In this document: in pieces, positions 26,320-39,618 of the stretch
Layout of the letters: every line of letters starts with the position of its first letter
Position numbering within the stretch: position 1 is the first letter of the stretch
Assembly (NCBI GenBank): GCA_011109175.1
Contig: RDEW01000001.1
Coordinates: forward strand, 1,626,360 to 1,690,359
Direction: 5' to 3'
DNA length: 64,000 nucleotides
DNA from: Dicyema japonicum
Lineage: Eukaryota > Animalia > Dicyemida
Position numbers and translations under genes: made by a program
The notes under the pieces: generated by a model
What the model saw: only the letters and a program-made list of their open reading frames with translations
Told to the model about the DNA's origin: nothing
The model's database searches: none

Positions 26320-27910
26320 AGTTGGGGTGAATATACCTAAATTTATTGGAGATCCAAGACCTCTTACTAACAAAATTACAATAAAGGAAGTAACAAATGC
26401 ATTCATACACCTAAACGGCAATCGTTAAGCTGCCTATGATGGTATCCCGGGCGAGTTACTAAAACATGCTCCGGTTATTGTGGGAATATAATCACGGATA
26501 TATTAACGAGTCTATGGAACTTCAATGTTCACTTCCATTAGGACATGGAGTCTTAATTCCGATACACAAACCTGGGAAAAGAAAGGGATCACTGGATGGA
26601 TCAAGGCCTATTATTCTACTGTCAACTATCAGGAAACATTATCGATCATAGTGCTTAACCGGGAGCCAGTGGAAAAATACCTTTCCTAAAGACAAAGTGG
26701 GTTTAGAAGTGGAAGGTATACCTCAGATATCATGTGGAGTCATCGATGGCTTACATCAATATGTAAAAAATATACGAATGTCATCTACATCCTAGGAATT
26801 GATATAACGAAGCCTTTTGACAACATCAACAGAGAAAAACTCGAGTATCCTAAAAGAACTGCTCGATGAGGACTGCCTGAAACTAAGTCTATTACTGTCT
26901 GAACTAGACCCATACGTGAGAATAGGAAGTAAGCATTCAAAGAGTTTCAGTACCAACATGAGCACTCCACAGGGAGATTCATCATTGCCAATTCTATTCA
27001 TCATATACCTTAAAGCTGCCATAGGGAGCTGAGAAAAGATACGGGTCCCAAATACGAAGACATAATCGAATCACTATATGCGGATGATGTAGACTTTGTG
27101 TCTACTGACCTGGAAACACTTGACTAAATATTACTCCAAGCCAAACTTATTTCGAATAAATGAGATCTGTGCAGAAACATTACAAAAAATGATTATACAC
27201 GAATCGAACAAGCAAATCAAAAAATGATGAATGCTGGAGACATAGAAATAACTCGGTTCACTACTAGGTGACGCCGAGGATATTTGTCTTAGGAAAATGC
27301 TGGCAACCACTTATATAAGAAGCATGTATCACTGAAACTTCGTGTCAGACAATACAACACATTTTTAAGCCAATATTGCTATACAATTCCGGAACACGGG
27401 GAATTTCGAAAAACGATTTGAGAAGCCAGATACTTTTCACAGAAGCCAACTGCGCATACTGAATTTTCTGGCCAGAAAAATCTCAAACGATAAACTACAT
27501 ACTCTATGTAAATCTAGACCAGTTAGCATGGACGAGATGGAATCTATTTGACACATTCTTAGACTAAACCCGACTACCCCGTGCAACAGAATAATGGAAG
27601 AATATTTCTACTGCGCCGGAAATCACGGATTTCGAGGCAGACCAAGAAATACACTTCCAATTTGCTTAAAAGATGATTACGAAAGATATCTAACTAACTA
27701 CCTAATTAATACCATACTTCTATCATATCGGAACAATCTCTTCATTGCCGTAATGGATAGCTCTCCCTCAGTTGTTGATACGGTGGTTCAGTCAGACCTT
27801 AACTTGGTGTATGATTGATTATCTTTCGACATATTTCAATCAAAAGTGGGATCGCTGGCGAACTCATCGGCAAGAGTCCGGGAAGTGCTTATTTGGAGAT
27901 AGCCATGGGT
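26320..27910 (+). mobile_element. RTE-like LINE RT relic with 3' UTR
   Basis: LIPIHKPGK...RPIILLSTIRK, QSGFR, PQGDS, YADDV and FRGRPRNTLP; many stops. Confidence 0.85.
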
Positions 27911-28031
27911 CTGTTGGGTGAGCCAAGAATATATAAACTTCATTTAATAAGCTAAAAAATAAATAAGAAATTAAAATAAAATCGAAATTTAAAATTTTCG
28001 TTTAAATACGATTCCTTCCTTGTGGCGTATA

Positions 28032-29265
28032 ATGGGTAAAAAGTCACTAAGCAGGACCAGAAGTGGAAGATATATCAATCCAACAGAACAATACAGTAAA
28101 TTTTCCCCATAACAACATGCAGGGAAGTATATTAAACAGAAGGAATCTAAGAGGAATAAACAACAACGAACATCTGCTCGAAACAACCCCATCAACGGAA
28201 AAGATCCTCACCAAATACTTAACGAACTGGAAGAACTTGACAATCGAGGTTTTCTGACCTTATCTTTGTAGAATTTGACCTTGATAGACTGGACTCTCAA
28301 TTGGTTTTTGTGTGGCGTGAAAAACGAAAGAAGCTGAGGGAAAATTTCGACAAGATAATCAAATTTTTAGTACTTAAAACATTAATTCCAGGAAAAAGAG
28401 GACACTTTTCAATGTGAAAACCTTAAGAATCTTCTCCAAATCTACGAAATTAAGCGATCTCAACGAGAATTGGCTTTTGGTTATGACGTTTACAATTTAC
28501 TTGCAGAACGAGCTAAAATGGCTCAGGATATTCCACTTGAAGAAATCCCCATACCAGAATCAATTGAGGAACCCATAGAAGAGTTTCAGGAACACCAGGT
28601 CTCCGTTCCTGAGGAGACTGAGAGGACTGCGAGAACCCAGGAATCTGAGGAGGAGTTCGACCTGTCTGATTTCGAATCCACATACGGTGATCCTCCTGCC
28701 CCTCCCCCAGGGTCTCCTCCAGTTATAAGTAGTGAGGAGGAGGATGAATCACGTAATGAATGTATTGCGATCTTTTATTTAGACTGGCTACCTTACCAAG
28801 AAGGCGGTCAATTTCAGCAATATCCCGCCACCATGCCTGCCTCATTCATTCCCCACCATGACGAGGCCTACTACATCCCCCAGCAGAATTTATACCCTCA
28901 GTCCTTCGATCAACCCTACAGTCTGTCCTCCTACAACCCCCCAGTGACAGCATACAACGCCCCAAAAATATTCAGTTTTCTTACATACTCAGCCTAGATT
29001 ACGAATATGGGGGTCATGCTACGATAGAGGCTAAACCAAAGCTGCGGAATCTGCGGGAGGCAGCCACGTGCTTTACCCCCACTGTTTTAAAGGTCCATCG
29101 ACAATACAAGGATGCCCAAGGCCGACTAATCGACAAACCAAGTCTTTAATAGTCTAACAAACAGAATCTAAGCCCATGGACCCTTTGGAGGTGACTCAGC
29201 AAGAGAGTGAATCAAAAGAAGAGGCCTACGAACAATTCATGGAGGAGATTAAAGACTTGATATAG
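28032..29265 (+). CDS. WBP11: WW domain-binding protein 11 (splicing factor)
   Basis: Spliced N-terminus MGKKSLSRTRSGRYINPTEQYRK...KRNKQQR...KDPHQIL..LEELDNREF...EKRKKLRENF; PPAPPPGSPP segment; C-terminal KPKLRNL...FTPTVLKV and EAYEQFMEEIKDLI*. About 7 introns of 21-30 nt; two are in-frame and their boundaries are less certain. Confidence 0.88.
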
Positions 29266-29279
29266 TTGATAACGAATTG

Positions 29280-30159
29280 TTAAGTATTATCATGAGTGTC
29301 CACAACATACTCAAGTACATCCTGTGCTACCTCTTGTTGGAGGTCCAACTTTAATACCCCCTACAGTCAACCTGAGAATAACTGATTTCCCCGTTACCCC
29401 ACTTCTTATGCACGTAGAAATTAAATTCATCGATTTCTTCCTAAGATAATATCGGTGGTTATACGCTATCTTCTGACGTGTTGGTAGATGGGAACACAAA
29501 TTCGTTGTCGTCTACCAAAGGCTAAGGTTATATTAGAGTTTATACGCTATGTACGGTGTCACTTAAGCCGTTGGTGGCTGTGAGGTTGTTGTTGCCTGAG
29601 GTCGAGTAATCACTGGTGGATTGATCTCTGAGTTTTTTGGCACGTGGCTAAAATTGTAATATGCTTATACGATGTTGTATAAGCTTGGAGTTGTTGGGGG
29701 CAAAATGTCTATAAGGAAGTCGAAGTAGTTCTCCTGTCTTGTGGCAGAAATCATGTCGGTTATCTGAAATACCGAAAAAACTGGGACCTGAAGAGTTTTG
29801 CGGTTCTTTAGGCACGTGTTGTACCAGGACCGTTTTGTGAGGTCTCTTATAAAGAGTTCGGAAGCCTTTGATAAGAGGTAAGGGACGCTGGCTGCTATTT
29901 TTCGATATTTTTTGTCCGCTTTGATGATTCGTTTGATCCGTGCCGGGGGAAGAATGCACTTCCTGACTGACTGCTGACAGATTAGAAGTACAATTACACG
30001 TGTTTGTTGTTGTAAGTCGAGGACTGTTTCGGTGAAAAATTGGGTCATTTCTTGTCCAATAGAAACACGAGATCCGTTTTTTTTGTCATAAAAGACCTCA
30101 ATCACCTCGTTTTGATTAGGTTCTTGGTCCACATCTGGTGTGTCAGGATTGGAGGACAT
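29280..30159 (-). CDS. NFYC: Nuclear transcription factor Y subunit gamma-like histone-fold protein
   Basis: LPPARIKRIIKAD...IAASVPYLLSKASELFIRDLTKRSW...RKTLQ|ITDMISA...FDFLIDILP. Six predicted 23-24 nt introns; the 3' exons and stop at 29280 are less certain. Confidence 0.8.
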
Positions 30160-31229
30160 AATCACAAAACGTCTGGGAAAATAAATATTAAATTTTTTTT
30201 AATATTTAAATTAATTTTTTATAATCATTTCTTTAAAAATTTGTGATCTTTTTTTGAATGCCGTATTTCTAATGTATTTAAAATAATTATGTAATTGAAA
30301 TCTGTTTAATTTGTCCCCATCGCGGTCCGGATCAAGTTGAGATTTTTCTGATATTTGTCGCATATATACAAAACATGTTTCGAGAATGATAAACACGTGT
30401 CAAATACCAGTCACAATATTTTGGGATTTTTGACAAAAGGAAGATGAGTGTTATTAAGACATAGCATAGATTACAGGTTAAACTGAGCGGTCAGTTGTAA
30501 AATGGTTATAAATGATTTGGCGGGAGAAGGATTCAAGAGATTATGATCCACCCATGAGGAAATAGTATTAGGGTGTTCTTGAAGAATGTAGAAGCAATGG
30601 TTATTATGGTGACGTGACGCAACCTCAATATCATCAGCATACATTAGTGATGTACTCTCGTTAGTCGGAGCTGGACAAATATGGGTTAAAATGTGCTGGA
30701 CGAGAACTGAGCCTTGGGGTCTCCATTGGGTAGGTATCTGTAACGTGAGTTGACATGATAAAGGAACGTCAAGACGGCTACACGGGAACGTGAACAACCA
30801 CTGTTAGCCCGGTAAGGGATCTCCGTATCGAGGACCTTGTTGGTTCTGTCGATGTTCTGTCGAAAGCTTTATCAATGTTAATGCAACAATTGTTCTCTTT
30901 GGAGGATTTGTAATAGTCGCGGTATCAGTCTGTTTCCAAAACAACCAAGATATCTCCTCATCCCCGACCCTATCAAAAAAATCAAACTCCTGCTATTCCC
31001 TTCTCTCCGTGGTATTAAAGATTTAGGAATCTAATTGAATGATTGCTGAGTCTACATTTATTTTGTTTTAATGACACATAAAGCTGACATCATTTGAAAT
31101 TTAAGTACAAATTTATTAAGGAAAAAAATATCGGCCAAGATGAGGTCCTTGCTTGAGCGTGATGGGATCACGCGATTAGCTAGTTTGTGTAACCGTGGTC
31201 TCTAGTGTTATTATTAAGTGAGTAAATGA

Positions 31230-32900
31230 TCATATAGCGGCCGCCTTGATGCGTGGCTATTCCCTCTCATGGTAGCGAGCGAGATTCACACAAATAACCA
31301 CCATCGCTCACGGGGGTCTCCTGGTCGTGTAGAAATCCGATTCCCTAGACGACTCAAGATTTCAGCTTTGCATTGCGACTCGAATTGGACGTATGCCAGC
31401 GATATAGATGCCGTTGTGGAAGATACGTTGACGCCAAAGGAATACATCCTCTGTCTTGAAACGTGCACTGCGCTACAGAGACGTTGTTCTACGGGCCCTC
31501 AGAGCCACAGGGTTCAGGCTTAACTGGAACTTTTAGGTTTTGGAGGGAGACGAAGGGAAAAGGTCAGATACAATGTCATTATTTCCATACTCCCATGGAA
31601 AATAATTTGTTTGGGACGCCATGTGTAGACACCTTTTTTGGACAAGATAGTTGATGGCGACCATTACCCTGAGACGCCGCAGAGTAGACGGAGGTCAGGA
31701 AAATTCGAAAGTACCTAGAATCCCCAAGGTTTCGGGAAAAAATAGTCTTCTCTGACTTTTTGTCCTGTTGTAAAGTCCGAGGCGCTACAGTTGTACGGTA
31801 CATCCCAGCCCTCCCGTTACTACTTCATTATAGCCCTTCAAAAACTCAATCGACAGGAGAAGCGTGAATTCTTTAACGTCAACCCCCTTGAAGTGGTTGC
31901 TTGCATTTGGATTCAACCAATTTGTCAAAAGAAATGTTCAATAACTTCTCAATAGACGACCTCAGTGTCACATCAATGGTCTTCAAATATCCATGTCCAT
32001 AGAACACAGGGCAGTCCACGTTGAGAAACGGAGGTGCGGGATGGGAGAAAAGTTCCGTAGAAAAAAACACAGTATGTTTGTCAAAAAGAAGGAAATTGTG
32101 TGCAAAAAGCAGTGCGGAGTTATTGTTTGTAGGAGAGTTGAGATTTTCCTGATGGATCGAGAAGAGCCAATGAAAATGGAGTCTTTAGCTTGGGGTGGGA
32201 TATTCTAGAGAGAAATGAGATATCTTTGATAGCGTTTGAGAAAAGTCATCCTCCAAGCATGCCTTGTTTATGATTTCGCATTTGGAAGAAAACCCTAGTC
32301 CAAGTGCAGAGATAACGGAAAGGGCGGATCTGACCTCAGTCGTCACAGGTTCCCAATCTCCTCTAATAATAGCGACGTTTAAATATCAGACGTTACGCGG
32401 TGCCCTCGTTGCGGAAACGGGTGAGTCAACCCCAATGCAAATACTAGAAGTCATATCGGATTTCCTTATTGCATCGATTCTGGACTTGAGAGTGTCCTGG
32501 CAGTTTGCCTAAGGAAAGGTTTGTAATTCGTCCATTTTTGGATCCTGACAATTCGAACCTCAATTATGAAATTCCAAAAAACGCTGAAAATGCCCATCTT
32601 CACAACGACGGTATCCACGTCTGGTAGGCAGTTCAGGGTTTAAGAGATCATAGGCAGTTTTGGTAACAATTTTGGGAGATAGGCGTCTGAATACACTTCC
32701 AATATCAATCGGCCAAATCCCTACACAATGTTTTCTATATCCAAGCAATTTGGAGGAAACCAATAGGTCGTGAGCGTATTTGAAAATTTCAATTTGTCAA
32801 ACTTGGTTAGTGAGAACCTCATAGAGTTGGTTAAAATGTTCCTCCTATCGACAGCGGCAACAAGAGTAAGATCCTTTATATGGCTTGACCAACGCCTCTA
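31230..32900. mobile_element. Cluster of CRE-like fragments, mostly on the minus strand
   Basis: Minus strand SSKLLGYRKHCVGIWPIDIGSVFRRL, KDIIAIKDI and GTTVAPRTL; terminal ATMRGNS at ~31255-31280. Confidence 0.65.
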
Positions 32901-34049
32901 GAAACCCTTATGAGACTAGACTCCAGAATGCGGGGATGCGACCCCATAAATCAATTCAGCCGTCCTATACAATCATGCGCGGGCACAAGGGAGGAACACG
33001 GGAATAGATGAGGTCACTGTTGGAACGCATCAGGATCACGTGATGATTATTTTGGTTTTACCGTGGTCATGGGTTATTAAGAAACGGAACAATTTCAAGG
33101 GTATTTGAATTAATTTTGTTCGTAATCATGAGAGGGAATAGCCACTCAGTCAGGGGGTTACCGTATGACCCTCGGAATTTTTGTTTATTAATATAATTAA
33201 TACAAGTGGCATTAACCCTATTAAACTATCCCAAATTCTCTCTGTGATAAAACACGTGTTCTAATAAGGTGTATCACATATTTTGTTAAAGACAGCACAA
33301 AATGTGCAATAAGTTGTGGATGACATTTCAAGCATCTCACTGAATCTAGATTTTTTTATTTTCATATAAAAAAAAGTGAAAGTCAGCACCAGCTGCCAAG
33401 AGACAGTGACTATTGCGACGAATGGCGGCACTCCAAGACGTTCAAGGAACCAATGCCGCTCCCAATGGTCTCCGTGCCTTGATGAGATTAGTTTCCAATC
33501 TCTCGGATGACATATGATGATAGCCCCGGCCACATCCGAAGTCTCAAACTCCTGAGTTGTAATGCTATCTTTGTTGAATATCCCCCAGTTTGGGAAACCC
33601 AGGCATAAACGATTATGGTAATGAAGAAAAACATCTCAATAGATTACAAGGATAAACATAAAAATGAGTGAAAAGACTCGATAATTGGAAAAGAAATCAA
33701 AAGTTCCTTCAGTCTGATGACGTCATTTGATACACCTTACTAGGAGACGTTCAATCCCTGGCCGGCACTCAAAAAGATCCAACTATTTATTCCAACGAGA
33801 AAGAATTTCTTTCTCTGGCGACGTGTTATGGAATCGATATCAGCTCCCTGGACAACATCCTCCAGATCACTGTTCTTGGGTGAAGGTCCTGCTGGAACGC
33901 GTCCAGCATCAAGGATTAGTTATTTTGGTTTCACCCTTGGTCTTTAAAACAATCTTATTTTTTTAAAAAGCTTGGGTTATGGATTTATTAACAATGAGAT
34001 TCTTGTGCATTAGGCATGGATCTAATTCATACGATTTCCCGATCAATAG

Positions 34050-34660
34050 TGTAACTTAAAAATCACCCCCAAGTTAGGCAGGAAACATGCTCACTAGGTG
34101 ATTCCAGCTTCTCTTAGTAGCCTTCTCAACTTTTCTCAATGTTATACCTGCGACCAACGCGCTTTCTATACACTCGGTATCACATCGGTGGTTGGGAGAT
34201 ATCATGTTGGAACCCGTCTTCTTTCAGAAGGATCTGGAATGGTGTTGGCCGTAGCAGAACAGCCGAGAAACGTTGAAGAGTTTTGTCAATGTTGCTTAGA
34301 AGTTGGCAATCTTCTTTACGTTTGTTTTAGATAGGCTCGTACCCCATGCAGCGCATCCATAGCTGATCTTGGTTATGTGCATTCTGCGTAAGTGAGTTTA
34401 TTGATGAGTTGAAGCAACTTCCATAGTGACCCAGGAGAGCCCTTCAAAACTTACTTTTTGAGAGGAAGATATGGTATTGCTGACGTGTTTGCTAATTGTT
34501 ATGAGTGAGTCGAACATGACCCCCAAAATCTTATTTTCACACTTCCATGGAAACATGGTTTTTCCGTCTACTGAGTACATTCTCAATTGGATTGAGGGAT
34601 GCTGAGTAAGGGGCACATAAAGAACATGGAGATTTGTTGTTTTAATCAACTCTAACACGT
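34050..34660 (-). mobile_element. I/Jockey-like LINE RT C-terminal relic
   Basis: KILGVMFDSLITISKHV and ISYG...W remnants. Confidence 0.55.
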
Positions 34661-36046
34661 GTATAATGATAATACTTAAATTATTAAGAATAAAGACTAG
34701 GTCTTCAAGCTTTTTTAAAGATTTAAAAAACCCTTAAAATCTGGATGACCTAAAACAACAGGAATTGAAACTGACGTCATCATAACTTACGTCGATGATA
34801 CCACACGGATTCGGGACATCCAAGCAACTAAGACAAAAATAAAATTTCATCTGGATCGACTAAACGTTTTACTAAGGACATCAGACAATCAACTACCGCT
34901 AAAAAGCCCATCAACTTAAGACTTGTAAGAAACCCTCACAGTAAACGAACCAACATTGTATTCAAAAAATTCCAAAAAATACAATAATAATTTTGATAAT
35001 TTTCTATAACATTAAACTATTAAATTCAGACAAAAAATTTTCTATAACTATGGCCAAACGAAGTAAAATAACCCCAGGCTTACAATCTTTGATAAGCACA
35101 GCACAAACAGTCACGCCTAATTAATCCAAGGAAGGAATAAATGAGAGAACGTCTGCTTGTGCCGACTAAATCCATACTCCAATCGCAATAATACATTTGC
35201 AATCGTCATTCTCCTCACAATGTCTTTTTGGTCTCCCAGGAAGGCTCCTAACTTCTTGGTCTTGTGCCAGATTTCGTCTCTTTTGAGTTCGGTCACCTAC
35301 GTTTAGTGCACGTGACTTCATACAGCATCCGACTTAGATCTTCCCTTTCGGAGTCACTATGGTATTCCGATAGGATTTTAGTATAAGTAATTTTTGTGAT
35401 TGTTTTAAGTATATGTCTGCCGCAGTGTGCATGATTTTCTGAATTAGATACCATGATTTTGAGGTGGCAATTTTATGATTGATCGCTGAGTTCCGTATCA
35501 ATATATATTTTGTCTGCCAGAATGCACAAAAGTCGTGTTGCAGATGTGTAAGTTATTCACTTGCAGAAATTGGTGAGCAAGGTTCCTGGCAGGTTCCATC
35601 TTTCCATAAATGTTTATTCTATGCTGATCTGAGTGCCCACTTTGGCATTCAGGTTCCCAACAATAAATATCAACGAAGAATGTTTGTGTTCACAGCACAC
35701 CATTGAGAGTTCAGTGTAAGAACCATCTATTTCTTAAAGATTCTCATCAATCAATCCAATGTGGTGTGCTTGCACGTTTATAATTGTTAGGTAGCTATTG
35801 GAGAGGGCAAGTTTAAGGACCTTGCACAAGGTTCTTCTATTACAGACTATAGATGGCCCTTGAAACTGGACGTGAGAAAGGAAATGTCCGTCACGGGTAG
35901 CTTCTTGGGATTTATATCCACTATGTTCAGTAGAAATGAGAGTGTTCACCACAAGAAATAATATTTATTTTCAATTAATAAAATAATAACAATAATATTT
36001 TAATTAGTAAATATTTAAATAAAGTAAATCTTTAACGTGTTTCAAA

Positions 36047-36835
36047 ATGGTATCTTGTGGAACATATAAATTATTTTATAATTATTTACCATTGTAGTCT
36101 AAATTAAAGAAGACGAAGCGATTCGCCGCCAAAAAGCGCATCATCAATCAGAACGACAGCAGAATGTAAGATTTAAATTTTCAATGTCTAAGAAAAAAGG
36201 AAAATCGTCCCAAACCAAAGCAAAAAACTACCCCCGAGGACGGCCAGCAACTGACTGTTCGGCACGTGTATCCTTAATTTTTTACAGACAGCAACAAAAT
36301 CTCATCGGCCATGTTTCTGAGTTATAACACCCAATTGGGTCCACCCTACCACGTGATTCTTGACACAAACTTTATAAATATTTCCTACAAATATAGACTA
36401 GATATTATGGAGAATCTGACGATCTGTTTGAATGCCAAATGTAGTTTCCTTTGTACATTCAAGGTGTGGCCTACATCACAGACTGCGTGATTGGGGAACT
36501 TGAGAAGCTGGGGAAGAAATTCAGAGTCGCCTTAAAGTACTTTGGTGGTTATATTGCAGAATGATAAAGGATTCCAACTTCCTTCGACTCCACTGTATCC
36601 ATAAAGGGACGTACAGTGATGACTGTCTAGTGAAGAGAGTGACTGAGGTACTATATGGTGGATCAATGTTAGCATAAGTGTTATATCGTGGCCACGTGTG
36701 ACCGGGAGTTAAAGAGAAGGATAAGAAAAATCCCCGGAGTACCGATTATGTATGTCTCTAATTTCAAGTTTGTTGAGTCTGGGATTGTTTAGGTATTTTA
36801 TCGAGAGAATGCCCGATGAGTGTAGTCTTAGATGA
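36047..36835 (+). CDS. FCF1: rRNA-processing PIN-domain protein FCF1/UTP24
   Basis: ATG-only first exon and seven introns (48, 27, 24, 23, 23, 25, 25 nt). Spliced protein has [45 protein letters not shown] and [22 protein letters not shown]. Absent from the ORF track. Confidence 0.95.
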
Positions 36836-37969
36836 CTTTTTTACTTTTTTTTATTCTCATTTATATTGTGCCACCTGGTAATGTTGTTATGAGTAATGGT
36901 TGATTTATTTTTTTGTATTTTTTGTGTTTTGATGTTAAGCGAGAGGTTAATTGGGTTGAAGGTGGTCCCGTACTTTTATATTGCACGAAATGACTGAATC
37001 GCTTCGTGGGGGATAGTAGCTCCCGTATGTGGCTTTAAGTGACGTCATTAATGTCCCTCCAACACGATATTTTTATCAGGTGTTTTAGACTCAGACTAGA
37101 TAAATCTCTCCTTTGATGCTTCTTTAGTTCTTTTCTACTCCAAACAGAAGAAACCAAATCGAAAGTGGCAGGCCCTTAATAAAAGCATCGTCATTCTTTT
37201 GAATAGCCACAACTCAAGCTCCACCTGGTTTGACAGATTAGTGAATGAGATTTGTTAACTTACCCGTTCGCTTTGTTCCCCGTCGCCTATCTCACCTGCG
37301 ATCATTTATTAATTTTCCTCTCATATGAATAAAAGAATTGAGAATATGCGGGTTACTTCTAAATCCCGGGGTCCTCTCTTCCGTAAATGCTTTAAAGACG
37401 CTTTTTATTGCGCAAAAAGGCGTCAAACCTTTTGTGGTGGTTAACGTTACTTTTCTCGTCTTTCCAAAATAGAAATTATTTTTTCTCTTATCTTCATCCC
37501 TTCATTAACATGAAACCATGTGATCTCGTGTTCACGTTTCCTACAGTACCAGGTCACACATAATTTGCTCTTTTCCACTTCATTCTTAGAGGGGTCTTTA
37601 CAACTGTAGTTCTGGATAGATCATTGCTCTGCAGTAGATGAGCCCATAGGCATAGCTTTGGCTTAATTAACAAAACCATACACTCATTCATGCTTTTTTG
37701 AAAGGTCACTAAACTACGGACCATTGCATGCTTCCGAGGATTCCGTATGTCCTCAGTCGGAATGATCAAGAAAGCCTTCGCAGTCATTACTGACTGGCAT
37801 TGCCAATCATACCTCTCTCCTGGCAGAACAACTCCCCCAACTTAACGTTTGGCATGCGATAATATGTTGAGAGGGCTGTCTCCTCCAACAAAGTTGAAGA
37901 CTGGATATTCCTATTCTGCTTCGCTCTGTGTAAACTTAACGTACTCCCAACAGTGGAAAGAAGTCTTTT

Positions 37970-38750
37970 ACATCCGCCGTAAAAGAAACTTTTTCTTTTG
38001 ATGCCATAAGAGTTTACTTGAATGAACAAAAATACAAGAAAAAAGTATATGGGAAAGAATCGCCAGAGATTCGCCTATTACGAGATATCATACACTACAA
38101 ACTGTCAGAAAGTGGAATCCGTTCGGCTATAAGGATTCTCTTCCATCAGAAAGGAAGAGGAGTCCAATTGCTGTGTATTTAGTTTTCTATTGCCTAGCGT
38201 CAAAACTGGTATTCTAAGAAGACTAATACTACAGCTCGAACACCAAGTCACGTTTCCCAATGGAAGTCGATCGTATAATCGTTCCATTAACTAATTCCTA
38301 TGCCCGCAGAGATTCCAACCAACCAGCTCGAAATAATTGGATGCCTCCTAACAGAGGAAGGAATCAACGATGCTTTTTCAAAAAGAGAACAACAATCAAA
38401 GTCAACGTTCACACGGTTGGAAATGTTAGATCCACTGAAGAATGCAACATCTAAACTGAACCACATACTTCGTGGTGCACCTTGTTTTTTGAGCATACAA
38501 CACCTCGAATCGATAAGTTCACTTTTCCGTTCTATTCCCGAACGTTTTACCAACGTGAAATTCCACGATCAAGGCTGGATCCAGACAACCCTACCCGACA
38601 GATATAGCATTCCTCTCCTTTCTATCCACCTAATCGTTGGTCAAGATGATTCTTCATCTCCACCAAAATTATCTACCAATAAAACGGAGTATGCAGTTGC
38701 GTGGCTACCAGATGGGCTGGAAGAATCAGAAACCCTGATGTAACAGGAAA
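37970..38750 (+). mobile_element. CRE-like non-LTR relic
   Basis: DGIRSAIRIL, LEIIGCLLTEEGIN and HILRGAPCF resemble the thumb regions of the other CRE-like copies. Confidence 0.55.
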
Positions 38751-38924
38751 AAATTAACAATCTTTCTGTTCGAGGAGAGGAAACCGTTAGCTTGGGATGC
38801 AACATGTTTCGACTCTTTTTCCCTCCGCCAACATCGTCGAGACCCCGGTAAAGGCACTTGCAGAGAATGCAGAGCGAGCTAAAGAAAAAAGTACAAAGGA
38901 CTCCTCGACCAATATACCTTCCAC

Positions 38925-39038
38925 TCTCAGAAGCTACAATGTCTTCCTCAAGAAACTCGGACGTATTGCCTCTCTTAGAAGCTACGATGTCTTCCTCAAG
39001 AAACTCGGACGTATTGCCTCTCTTAGAAGCTACGATGA
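38925..39038. repeat. 51-bp tandem repeat, ~2.3 copies
   Basis: CTCTYAGAAGCTACRATGTCTTCCTCAAGAAACTCGGACGTATTGCCT repeated. Confidence 0.9.
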
Positions 39039-39618
39039 CTTCGAGAGCTTAGTGACATGCAAAAAAATAAATTCATTAAAGATAACACAGAGAAGAATAC
39101 CTAATTGAATTTTATAAAATTATTTTCCAAAAATAATCCAAATCGCCCAAAATAGAATGATCATCTGTCACTGTAAAATCTAACTGTAATATTAGCAGGA
39201 ATTAGCAAAATTAGGAAACCGCATGTGATTGGATAAAAGTTTGAAAATTGAAAAGTAATTGATTGCAAATTTCTAAAAGGCTTAAACGAGTGATTGATTG
39301 CAATTTTCATCGTCGAGTGATAATTGAAAGATTTGTTGTAATTTGAACATTTTTACGAAAGCCATAATACTTGAATCCCGCACTTGCAGCTAAAGAAAGA
39401 TTTTCGTATGTCAACCTCTTCCACGCACCTCGATTATTAGCTTAAAAACTTAATATCAATAAAATTTAATAAAGTTTTAAAATAATAATTTTGTGAACAC
39501 ATTAATCGAATTTATTAAAAATTTATAAATATTTTTATTTTATAAAATTTAATTAAAATTTAACGTTAGATTAAACGTTATATTAAACGTTTTACGATAA
39601 AGTGTAGCTTTGTATGTT

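Noticed and set aside
31253-33145. Perfect 19-bp inverted repeat suggesting TIRs around a 1.9-kb element
   Set aside because: Both copies encode the MRGNSH C-terminus of CRE-like elements, so they are two retrotransposon ends in opposite orientation.
38925-39038. Repeat resembling a CRISPR array
   Set aside because: Head-to-tail tandem units without unique spacers, eukaryotic context and no cas genes.
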